From Pecten maximus (Eukaryota): a stretch of 64,000 nucleotides of DNA. Shown piece after piece: positions 22,955-34,050 of this stretch (the stretch's first letter is position 1; every line of letters starts with the position of its first letter). The stretch covers positions 37,820,001 to 37,884,000 of the forward strand of contig NC_047018.1 of assembly GCF_902652985.1 (NCBI RefSeq), read 5' to 3'. Made by a program: the position numbers and the translations under genes. Below the pieces are notes generated by a model. That model made no database searches, had not been told where the DNA came from, and was given only the letters and a program-made list of their open reading frames with translations.

Positions 22955-25900
22955 AAAATGAATATATCTGTATAGCAATACATATACCATGTAGCGATGA
23001 TAATGCATGTATGTATTTACGTTAATCTCAACTACATGTATACGTCAGTCATGCACAAGTCGTATTTTGATGAATTAAAAATACAGCAAATATTATCACT
23101 CACAATGTTTGACTATATTTTAATTAAAATTCATCTATATAATATATAAACATTAATTATGAAAATGCAAACTTAACAAAGTTTGTTTTTTGTTTCCACT
23201 TAATTATCCTAGTATTGGGTAAAATTAGCATACGTAGTTAAATTAGGTCACTATGGCAATGCAAATCAAATGGATACAATGTAGTTCAATTAATCTTATT
23301 CATTTCCCCCACTCATTGTTAATTTTTACGTCTAATCTGAATATAGCCATGAGCGACAATTTGATCGTTACTTTTTGATATATATCACGTGGTATGATAG
23401 TGGTCCCTGGTGGTATAATTTAAAAGTATCTACTAATACATATTGTTAATCATCTAAAATTATTTCATTCAATATCCACACTGGCATATGCATTAGAAGT
23501 TTGATTCAATAATCCAAAGTATCCAACATATTCTATTAATAGAAAATGGGATAGTAATATCTAATAATTTTAAAACTTTCCAATAGTTTTTGACTTCTAG
23601 ACAGTCTGGTATGCTGTGATCAATGGTCCCTCTTCTGAATGGCACAATACACCTACAGTGTAATGAAGTTTAAATAACATACTGTTTACTGTTAACACAA
23701 GATATACACAGAACTCGGGCCAGGCTAGTTTTGTATTATTAGTCCTATGCATGTTCACAGGTTTTCCTCACGTTTTACGACTACACAACGACACTCATAC
23801 CCTGCACTTCTCTGACTGTGTTATTGATTAGAAAAAAAATATATAAAAACATGTCATGCCTACATTTTTTAAATCTTTATATGGGTTATCGTTCCAGCAT
23901 TTAACCCCAATAACAACATGCCTCACCATATTTATACCGTTGTCATATGTGTCGGGCATACCTATGCTGGAGATGTTGTTTTTTTGGCGGGTTTCCCTTA
24001 CGACATTATAAAACAATGCCGATACTAATCCGTAATTCAGAAATGGTCTCATTGGTCTCGAGTTGTGCCCGTTTGATTTTGAGACTAATACACGAAACAA
24101 AATGAACAACAGACGGTCATCTTTGATTTTGACATTTGAAGTCTGTTATCACTATTTCTTGAGTAATGGAATGATTGTTATCATACTTCACTGGCAGGTT
24201 CCCTTTGGCAATTTTTCGTTTTCATTTGGAGTCTTACCCAGAAAAAAATGGCCTATAGGCGACCATTGTTGATTTTGCCAGTTGAAATTTCTTTTCGTTA
24301 ATTCTTAAGAACTTAAGATGATTTTTCTCCAAACTTCATTGGCAGATCTCACTTTGTCCCTTGCTATGCCCATTTGATTTTAAGCCTAATACCAGAACCC
24401 AATTGATTTTAAGTCTTAAACCTAGAAAACAAAATTGTCAAAAGGTGGCCATCTTTGATTTTGACATTTGTGAATTCGCTATCGTTATTTCTTGTGAAGT
24501 AAAGGAAGGATTTTTCTCATACTGCATGTTTAGGTTCCACTTGGAACCTAGTGGTAGCAATTTGATTTTAAGTCTGATACAGAAAACAAAATGACAGACA
24601 GTGGAATATTTGTATTGCTATTTCTTATTTACAGAACGTTTTTTCTTCGACCTCTCTAAGATTCCACATGTAAGTTCTCTTGTTATCAAATCGTTAAAGC
24701 AGTGAAACGATCAGTCTCATATAGAATAAATAGAGGTTACACAACGAGTGATTGTTGGATATGAAATTTATTTCACACGAGTAAGTTATTTTTTAAAAAA
24801 TTTTGGGGATGACACGAGCTTTGGCGAGTGTCTTTTGCAACTTTAAAAAAATAACTTACGAGTGTGGAATAAATTCCATATCCAACAATCACGAGTCGTG
24901 TGGCCTGTTTCTACCACAATAATATTCTTCTTCTTCTTCTTATGTTGACTCCCTTCCGTCAATAATGACGATTTCGTGGAGTTGGGTGCACAGGGGCGCT
25001 GATTAAAAAGATAAAGATAAAGATTTTTTTTTAGTTTTTTTTTTAGTATGGTTAAAAGAATTAAAAAGAACTTGTTGACCTAGTGTTTGTTTACGAGGGG
25101 TTCAAGGACTGAGTTTGTTATGTGTGCCTTGAAGCTCTCTAATGTGGTACACTGTACTGCTGCTACCGGGAGGAGGTTCCATTGTGTAATTGTGTGAGGA
25201 AAGAAGGAACATTTATATGTGTCCTTGGTAGCAGATATGTGTTTGTAAGTGTAGGGGTGTGCTTGTCTTGACTTGAATCAAATGAAAACGTTGCCAAGTA
25301 TAAGTTTCGCGTATGCAAATAAAGTGTACCGGTGACGTCCGGGACCCGTCGATATGACGTCATTCGATTATTAACGTCAATAACAATTGCAGCTTGGATC
25401 ACAGTTCGAACTCTTGTCCAATTAAAAGACAGGAAGGTCATATACCACTAGTGGTATTTAACATATATTTCTACCAAAATACACTGTGTTATTCCACTTT
25501 CAAACCATTGTATAAATGTGGAGACTGCTAAAGCTCGTGTCTTTTGTAACTTTTAAAAAATAATTTACTCCTGTGAAATAAATTTCATATCCAACAACCA
25601 CTCGTTGTGTAACCTCTACATATATTTATCCAACAGTCGGCACATTTATACAATGGCTTGAGAGTGGAATAACGCAGCTTATTGTGGTAGAAATAAAGAT
25701 TATTCAACGTTTTGCGCCAAGATTCCTCTCTAATTTCATGATTTTGCTGGTTTTCTTTTTAAACAGAGTCCGTATGCACTAACAATCGTTCAAAGTGTTA
25801 AATGTGTTTGTGTCGTAATTGAGCTCCGGGGATATTTCTTAAGAATGATAACGTGATCTTATCCTCGAGAGGTTTGACTACGATTACTAGTGTTTGGTCC

Positions 25901-26712
25901 ACTCGACAGATGTTAATTAATAATCAAGTAGCTAATTACATATATGCGTCTCAATGTAGAACGTTCATGTCCATCAATGTGAGCAATCAGGAGTAAAACT
26001 CCAGGAACAAGTCGATGATATCAGAACGTTTCGCAGGATAAGACTTCGGCATTGTTACATATCAATTATATATGAAGCTAATAATGCATTCACGATCAAG
26101 CACGACAGAGTGTTGTATGGGGGTATCCCTGAACACAAACAGCCAATCCAACATGTTGCGATTAACCAGGAAGCACAAATGTGCACGTCGATGTAGATTA
26201 TGCTACACAAAGTTAAGAAATTATCAAACGAATAACATAAGGCTGATTTTTTTTTTCATTCAATAAAATATCTGGAATGTATTAAGAGAAGTGTTCTCAG
26301 ACTTGGTTGGGCTAAGGCCAGATTGTATATAAAACCCAGTGAAACAGCATTTATCTGTCAAGAGTTCATAACTCCAAAATCAAAGGCCTACGTTCTCGAT
26401 TAGTTCATTTCGTATTTCAGTAAACAAGCTTATCATGGAAACAAATAGGAGATTCTGTATATATTCATTGATTATTTTATTGACCTTGTTATAGTAATAT
26501 AAAAAACATATTTACAAATACACAGTAGAATGTAAGTTATATAAGAGTAACTACAAAATAGTATATAACAGCAGTAATTATAATTGATGGAGTAACAATA
26601 TGTTAAATCAAACGATTTGAACACTATTATTCATGTAAAAAAGTGTATTACAACAAATGAGGTAAATTTTTACTGACAAATAAATAAATACACATTGTGA
26701 CAGTACATCATT
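22955..26712 (-). repeat. Left arm of the long inverted duplication bounding the sHSP array (partner 50998-53831)
   Basis: Colinear reverse-complement similarity, e.g. 22955 aaaatgaatatatctgtatagc vs gctatacagatatattcatttt ending 53831; ORFs MKLIMHSRSSTTE at 26072(+) and 51635(-). Confidence 0.9.
24733..25690. mobile_element. 958-bp non-coding insertion with nested inverted repeats (Crypton-like non-autonomous element?)
   Basis: Absent from the paralogous arm (~52005-52030). Flanked by AAATA direct repeats. Segment A (24733-24810) is inverted at ~24830-24900 and ~25530-25617; segment B (~25465-25525) is inverted at ~25635-25690. Confidence 0.8.
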
Positions 26713-26740
26713 AACAGGGTTCTCTTTTGATTTGGTAATG

Positions 26741-27922
26741 TCATATATCCAACTCCTTATATGGAGCTGTCACAGAAAGCTCTCCGTCAGATTTCTTTGA
26801 GCACGAAAGTTTGCGTACATCAACATCGTCCGGTAATGTGTACTGTGTGGCGTAATATTCCGTTCGGAACACCCCATCCTTGCTCTCCTTCCTCTCGGAT
26901 TTCACAAGTAAATTGTTACCTTTGAGTAACACTCTGACGTCATCTCCGGTGAACTGGTCTTTGTTGAAGGAGAGTGTGAATCTTTTGGTTGTGTCGTCGC
27001 TCACTCTCTTGTCATCCTCGCCACGTGTCGTCATAGCCTCCTCGTCATTTGTATTCAAGTCTTCGTCACCTGTCTCCTGTTTATTGTGAGAACAGGGACC
27101 TGCGCCGGATTTGTGGTTGTATAGATACTGATCATGTTCTATTGTGACGTCAGTTTCCTGATTGGGGTCTAGGTCACCATTGATGCTTTGCATTTTGGGT
27201 TCAACAATTTCAAAGTCCTCTTTCTCATGAAAACTATCAACACTCTCCGGGTATTCGATGACAGACTCCGGGTCTGCTCCTCCAGTGACGTCATCTCTGT
27301 GACTTGCTGATTGAATTTGTTCACCCTCAATGTACGGTTCCGAGACACCATCCTCTCTCTCCTCCGTTGCGTTCACCTTTCCGTCCTGTATTGGCTCGGA
27401 ATTCTGTTTGTGCTCGGCTTTATCTAATTGCACCTCGAGCTCCATAATCGTCTGATTTTCGTCCTTGGTAAGGAATTTTGCTTCAATAGTCAACATACCA
27501 TCGGGTGTAAAGCGACTTTTCATTGAGCTGACGTCAACATCTTTAGGTATGGTAATGGTCCTGTGACTCTCGTAGATATCCGAACAGTCTCCCTGTCCCT
27601 CAATACGGCGGGCCTTGATCAGGACTCGCCCCTCCCGAGTTGTTATCGTGACGTCATCTGGTCCGTACCCTTTCGGATTCAATCTGTGTGTCCATTGTTT
27701 GATCTTGGGACGGTCGTGTTGCCTACATGGCGTGTTTTCGTTGTTACCCGTGATAGTCCCAAGGAAGGGAAGGAGGATGCTCTCGGTTAGGTCCTGTAAC
27801 AGTTGACTGTCCCTGGTTGGCCGAGACATGTGACCGGGGCTGAACGCTTGCCTACATGTTGATGGCCGTCGGTCCCAGTAACACTCCGGATAGTGACGAG
27901 GAGCAGCTCGTAGTGTGAACAT
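26741..27922 (-). CDS. Small heat-shock protein with two alpha-crystallin domains (HSP20/p40-like), copy 1, intact, 393 aa, intronless
   Basis: ACD1: GYGPDDVTITTREGRVLIKAR...RTITIPKDVDVSSMKSRFTPDGMLTIEA. Acidic linker. ACD2: FTGDDVRVLLKGNNLLVKSE...QYTLPDDVDVRKLSCSKKSDGELSVTAP. HSE/TATA promoter. Confidence 0.9.
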   Translation of the reverse strand: MFTLRAAPRHYPECYWDRRPSTCRQAFSPGHMSRPTRDSQLLQDLTESILLPFLGTITGNNENTPCRQHDRPKIKQWTHRLNPKGYGPDDVTITTREGRVLIKARRIEGQGDCSDIYESHRTITIPKDVDVSSMKSRFTPDGMLTIEAKFLTKDENQTIMELEVQLDKAEHKQNSEPIQDGKVNATEEREDGVSEPYIEGEQIQSASHRDDVTGGADPESVIEYPESVDSFHEKEDFEIVEPKMQSINGDLDPNQETDVTIEHDQYLYNHKSGAGPCSHNKQETGDEDLNTNDEEAMTTRGEDDKRVSDDTTKRFTLSFNKDQFTGDDVRVLLKGNNLLVKSERKESKDGVFRTEYYATQYTLPDDVDVRKLSCSKKSDGELSVTAPYKELDI

Positions 27923-28021
27923 GTTGTCAGTAGTTGTATACTAGAAATATAGTATTAGATAAGTCCTCTGTACTTGTAAAGGCTTCAAACCCTGTATGGT
28001 TATCAGCGGGCAGTGTAACGT

Positions 28022-28304
28022 CTTATATACTACATAGCCGTCATTGGAGAAGACGCGAGAAACTTCGGGGAACATCCAGTATATATAGAACGCAATATGT
28101 TACTATATATAGATAAAAACCTAACACTACGTAGTATTTTTAGTTATATATGTGTCTAGATAATTCGAGAACTGTCTTTTACTTCATCATTGTGAATGTG
28201 TTTGGTTGTTATACAATGGTTAAAGTTAGAAATTTGATTGTATTACATACACTCGTTTACCTGTACACATACACAGTACCTTTTTCAGGTAAGGGGGATT
28301 CCCC
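28022..28304 (-). promoter_or_regulatory. sHSP copy 1 promoter: TATA, HSEs, kappaB-like site
   Basis: TATATAAG (minus, 28022-28029), GAAacTTCggGGAacATC (~28059-28076), TTCgaGAA (~28164), GGGGATTCCCC at 28294-28304. Confidence 0.75.
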
Positions 28305-29149
28305 TTACGTGTGATATACGGTATATAGACTATATGGCAAGCCAAGTTGTCATTTATTCACGGAGGAACGTTGATCTAGGAATTTTCCAAATATAAGATA
28401 TCTCATATACTTTATAAGATATCTTATATAATAAACGAGATATATAAGATATCTTATAGAGTATATGAGATATCTTATAAAGCATAAAAGATATTAAGAT
28501 ATACTACAACAGATAGATACCGTCCTGTTGGACCTTGAATGCAATTGTGGATGATTTACGTTTCAATAAGAATATTAGAAATGTTTACATCTGACAATGT
28601 ACATTGTCACTCTCATTGATAAAAGCAGACAATAACCCATTGGAAGAAATACTGACGAAGTTGAATTTGTGATTTTGAATATATTGCCCTACTATCACAT
28701 AATATACCTACTGACATAACTAGATGTGAAATACTGGGTTAACAACTTACAACTTAATATTCAATATACATGTATTCCAAATACGTTATTGAGATTTTAG
28801 ATTTTTTTCTATTTTGAGCGAATTGAATCAGTCTTCCATTCTGCATCTGATAAAGTACATTGTTACTGTCATTGATAAAAGCAGACAGTAACCGATAAGA
28901 AATACTTACGAAGTTTTACGAAGAAAATTTAAAACATCCTGATATCAATAGGAGATGTGGTTGTCATGGCCTCTTGTTTCCCAGAACACCGATAATAATC
29001 GAAACACCAATTTTAGTAGGCAAGTCGAAACATAGCAATAGGTGTTTAAACCACTTGGCATTCGTGGGTAAAATGGCGAAAAGGTAATCCATTATCGCTT
29101 TCTTTTCAGTATTCCAGAATGAACGTTTTGGTAGAGAACTTTCAAACAG

Positions 29150-29510
29150 TTTGGTTTAAACAGTATTTTATTGTTCAAATATTATTTGTTATACATACAA
29201 CTTGTACGTATGTAGATCGGCATGACTCTGGCCCGTACGCATATAAATAAAGTAATCTCAGCAGAGAATTTGCAATACTGTCGAAATTAACATGCAATGG
29301 TAATAAATAGTAATTACATTAATACATAGGTTAAGAAATTATCTCATTAATACTAATCTATTTGAGTAGTGGGGGAGCGGAAGGGGAGGGGGATGGGAAG
29401 AGGGGTAGGTGATGGTGGTAGAAGAATAGGAATGTTAGTGCAACATTTTCCCACGAGTCCTCATAAAGAAGTGACAACGAGGGACATGGGAAGTTTGTAT
29501 GTGTATTTTT
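29150..29510 (-). mobile_element. Possible 3' fragment of a LINE
   Basis: Not present in the paralogous spacers. The minus strand has a polypyrimidine tract and ends AATAAAATACTGTTTAAACC, like a LINE 3' tail. Confidence 0.3.
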
Positions 29511-30445
29511 TTCTTAACAGATGTAATGCTCTTCTGCCACAAATTTAACTTTAATTGATGCATAGTTTTTAAATTAATTCTTTCTACATAACGTTTTTTT
29601 TAAGCAGACAGGAAATAAAATTTGAGATTCACTGAAGAGTGTATTATTTGATACATAAAGTACATCAGATGATATAACCTATCATATTATATTTAAAGAT
29701 TGTAGCTGGACTATTATAATTTTGTGGATGAATCCATGGCTTCTGTTTAATTATTATCTTTTTTTTTGTTGTTTTTTGTTTTTAGTGTTTTTGCTTTATT
29801 CCCGGTCTAAATATTTTTACGAAAAAAGGAAAACTTTAAACATATCAAATAATTATCCCTTCAATACAAAATCTTCCTTTAAAAAAATGTAACCAGAGAA
29901 GAATCGACTCAGATTTCCTACGTTAAAATCAGCATGTATGATTGTCATTTATGCTTAATGGCTAAACGTTGCATAATTTCTGAAAATATTTGAAACCCTG
30001 TGGCCTTACAATATACAAGCTTGATTGATCAGTGAACAGAATGAATAATGATATTTTCTTTCAGACATTACATAGATGCAAATTTTGTCACATAGTTCAA
30101 TTCATATCTTTATTTATCAGGATAAAAATAATTCTAAGGTGAATTAGGGGAACAATATTTTGAAAATAAGATAAGCTCTGTAAAGAATAACACAACACTT
30201 ACTGCCTTAGATCCTGCTCATATCTATTATAAATTTTCATTAACTGTGTCATTTATTTATCATCTTTCCATTTACACACCTTTTCCCAATGTATAAACTG
30301 TAATCCTTCAAACATTTCCGTATTATTACCTGTGTAAGTAACACAGCTGTAACATATACATATATTGAGCTATTTGCGAACAGACATTTAACTTAACCAC
30401 ACATGTGTGTAGTGTATGTGAGCACATCTTGTATACACATTGTAA

Positions 30446-30743
30446 GGGGAATCCCCTTTACCTGATAAAGAAATGTACATATATACACGGTGTAAATACT
30501 AGTAATACACAATAATTACAGTATACGTACAGGTATTTTAACAGTTTCTAAATTTAATCAATGTATACAACCTGAAAATAATCTGGAACATTCATAATGA
30601 TGAAATAAAAGACAGTTCTCGAATCAATACTGCGTAGTGTTTGGCGTGTATCTATTTATAGCAACGATATTGCGTTCTATATATACTGGATGTTCCCCGA
30701 AGTTTCTCGCGTCCTCTCCAATGACGGCTATGTAGTATATAAG
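30446..30743 (+). promoter_or_regulatory. sHSP copy 2 promoter: kappaB-like site, three HSE clusters, CCAAT, TATA
   Basis: GGGGAATCCCC 30446-30456; ATCtgGAAcaTTC 30581-30593; GACagTTCtcGAA 30611-30623; GATgtTCCccGAAgtTTC 30689-30706; TATATAAG 30736-30743. Confidence 0.8.
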
Positions 30744-30842
30744 ACGTTACACTGCCCGCTGATAACCATACAGGGTTTGAAGCCTTTACAAGTACAGAGG
30801 ACTTATCTAATACTATATTTCTAGCATACAACTACTGACAAC

Positions 30843-32024
30843 ATGTTCACACTACGAGCTGCCCCTCGTCACTATCCGGAGTGTTACTGGGACCGACGGC
30901 CATCAACATGTAGACAAGCGTTCAGCCCCGGTCACATGTCTCGGCCAACCACGGACAGCCGACTGTTACAGGACCTAACCGAGAGCATCCTCCTTCCCTT
31001 CCTTGGGGCTATCACGAGTCACAACGAGGACACGCCATGTAGGCAACACGAACGGTCCAAGATCAAACAATGGACACACAGATTGAATCTGAAAGGGTAC
31101 GGACCAGATGACGTCACGATAACCACTCGGGAGGGGCGAGTCCTGATCAAGGCCCGCCGTATTGAGGGACAGGGAGACTGTTCAGATATCTACGAGAGTC
31201 ACAGGACCATTACCATACCTAAATATGTTGACGTCAGCTCCATGAAAAGTCGCTTCACACCCGATGGTATGTTGACTATTGAAGCAAAACTCATAACCAA
31301 GGACAACAATCAGACGTTTCGGGAGCTCGAGGTGCAATTAGATAAAGCCGAGCACAAACAGAAATCCGAGCCAATACAGGACGGAAAGGTGAACACAACT
31401 GAGGAGAGAGAGAATGATGTCTCGGAACCGTACATTGAGGGTGAACAAATTCAATCAGCAAATCACAGAGATGACGTCATTGGAGGAGCAGACCCGGAGT
31501 GTATCATTGAATACCCCGAGAGTATTGATAGTATTCACGAGAAAGTGAACTTTGAAATTGTTGAACCCAAAATGCCAAGCATTAGTGGTGACATAGACCC
31601 CAATCAGGAAACTGACGTCACAATAGAACATGATCAGTATCTATACAACCACAAACCCAGCGCAGGTCCCTGTTCTCACAATAAACAGGAGATGTGTGAC
31701 GAAGACTAGAATACAAATGTCGAAGAGGCTATGACGACACGTGCCGAGGATGACAAGAGAGTGAACTACGAGACAACCAAGAATTTTACACTCAGCTTCA
31801 ACAAAGACCAGTTCACTGGAGATGACGCCAAAGTGTTACTTAAAGGTAACAATTTACTTGTGACATCCGAGAAGAAGGAGCGTAAGGATGGAGTGTTCCG
31901 AACGGAATATAACGCCACACAGTACACATTACCGGACGATGTTGATGTACGCAAACTTTCGTGCTCAAAGAGTTCTGACGGAGAGCTTTCGGTAACAGCT
32001 CCATATAAGGAGTTGGATATATGA
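30843..32024 (+). CDS. Two-ACD sHSP copy 2, split by an in-frame TAG (31707-31709) into a 288-aa and a 97-aa ORF
   Basis: Colinear with copy 1. GAC TTG AAT has become GAC TAG AAT; the downstream frame stays open to the normal stop. Either a truncated functional gene or a young pseudogene. Confidence 0.85.
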
Positions 32025-33499
32025 CATTACCAAATCAAAAGAGAACCGTGTTAATGATGTTCAATCATTATATATATTATTTATTTGTCCGTAAACATGT
32101 ACGATGTTTGTTGTTCTACACTTAAGTTTACAAGAATAACAGTGTTCAAATGATTTGAATTATACATTGTAACATCATTTATCATAATATTTTTTTTACT
32201 ACTATTAGATAATTGACACTCAACAGTTTTATTTGTGTTAAACATTTTTATCATATTGCGTTAGCAAAGTCAATAAAATAATGATATATACAAAGAATAT
32301 CCTATTCTTTTTGTTTTATTATACATTTCGTGTACTTCATCATCGGAATTACAAATAAGGGGAAAGCTATTAAAGTTACCCTTGGATTTCGAAGTTACGT
32401 ATACTACAACAGATAGAAATCGTCGTGTTGGACCTTGACTACTATTTTGGATGATTTGCCTTGTTTACCCTCAATTCACCTACGATAAAAACAACTAAAT
32501 ACTGAATATACATGTAATCCAAATACGTTATTGAGATTTTCGAATTTTTGAGCGAATTTAATAAGTCTTTCCATTTTGCGGTTATTGATTATCTGTTTCA
32601 ATAAAAGATTAGAAATATTTACATATGACAATGTACATTGTCACTGTCATTGATAAAAGCAGATAATAACCCATTGGAAGAAATACTTACAAAGTTAAAT
32701 TTGTGATTTAGAATATATTGCTCTTCTATAACTTAATGTACCTACTTACATAACTAAATGTGAAATATGAGGTTGAGTCTAGAAATACATTTTGTGCGTA
32801 TTGACCTGATACTGTGAAGGGTGTACAACTATTGATGCAGCTGGAGTCATGGATGTCAAGTGATGTTACACATTCTCGATACTCGAGGGGTTACGTTCAA
32901 TTTTGTTTTCTCGCGGAAATAAGTCGCGACAAAACACAGGTATTTGTTGTATGACCAATTGTGAAACTGTTGCATTGTATTTTCTTTGAATATCACATAG
33001 GACCATCATTCCAAGTTCAAAGCCTGTCAATGTAACGGTATGGCGAAGTCGAAAATCGTTTGATAACATCCCATGATTCCATGGATGTATAGCTCGAAAA
33101 TGAACGTAACCCCTAGTCTTTCGAGACTGCATGCTACAGGAATGCCCATTTAGCATTGAACAACTTTCAGTTGACATATAAGCCAACAGGTCACCGATAA
33201 TAATCGAAACACCAACTTTAGTATCTGAGACAAAACATAACAAAAGACGTAGTTCAGTAGACGGGTTAAACCACTAACTTAATGTAGTTATCATTCGTTG
33301 GCAAAATGGCGTAAAGCTCATCAATTGTCGGTCTCTTTACAGTATTCCAGGTTCAACGTTTTTGGTAGAGAACTTTTCAATTAGTTTCATGTTTTCAATA
33401 TACCTGTATATAGAAACAGCATATAGAGTACTGAGAAAGTAACGAAATCATAATTAAAACTGAACATCAATTAAACATCCGCCATACAATTATAGGTCA

Positions 33500-34050
33500 A
33501 ATATGGGATAAGTCACAATCTCAACTGAGAGTTAGTGTAGTGACAACGGACATACTGGGTATTTCAACAAGCATCAAATACGTCTGAATTAATTTCTCAA
33601 GGAAATCAAAAAAAAAAAAATCAAAAGAGATGATAATGTCGACCATTAGACTTTCCCATAGTCCTCAACAACCTGCATATCTGTGAAGCCCGTATTGTTA
33701 AATTATCCGCCATGGGTCGACATTTATCACAGAAATCGTGATAATGGGAACATGCCCTTGAATTATGCTGACATAATAACACCGTAAAAAAGAAAATTAA
33801 CATTTTGGAAATGGAAAACATCACGCTTATCATACAGCTTAGATAAAAGATACCCCTGTAGGTTACGTTGTTGTGTAAAGATGGCGGTAAACGACCGATA
33901 TTTAAGAGCCTCTAGTGACATTGATTTTGAATTCTATAGGATACATCCAAACGATATGGCCAATAAAGTGTTTGTAATTCGAAGATAACTCATCCATATA
34001 CCTTTAGGTGAAATCGACGAATTTTGCAAGGATAGGGACAGGACATTTTG
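33500..34050 (-). mobile_element. Decayed Penelope-like retroelement remnant in the array spacer (paralogous copy ~40250-40820)
   Basis: The minus-strand peptide SRACSHYHDFCDKCRPMADNLTIRASQICRLLRTMGKSNGRH resembles, from memory, the RYARACS.Y.DF..R...L..KL..QG....RL.....KFYGRH segment of Penelope-type RTs. Confidence 0.4.

Noticed and set aside
31707-31709. Selenocysteine or pyrrolysine recoding of the internal stop
   Set aside because: The codon is TAG rather than TGA, replaces Leu, and pyrrolysine is not known in animals.
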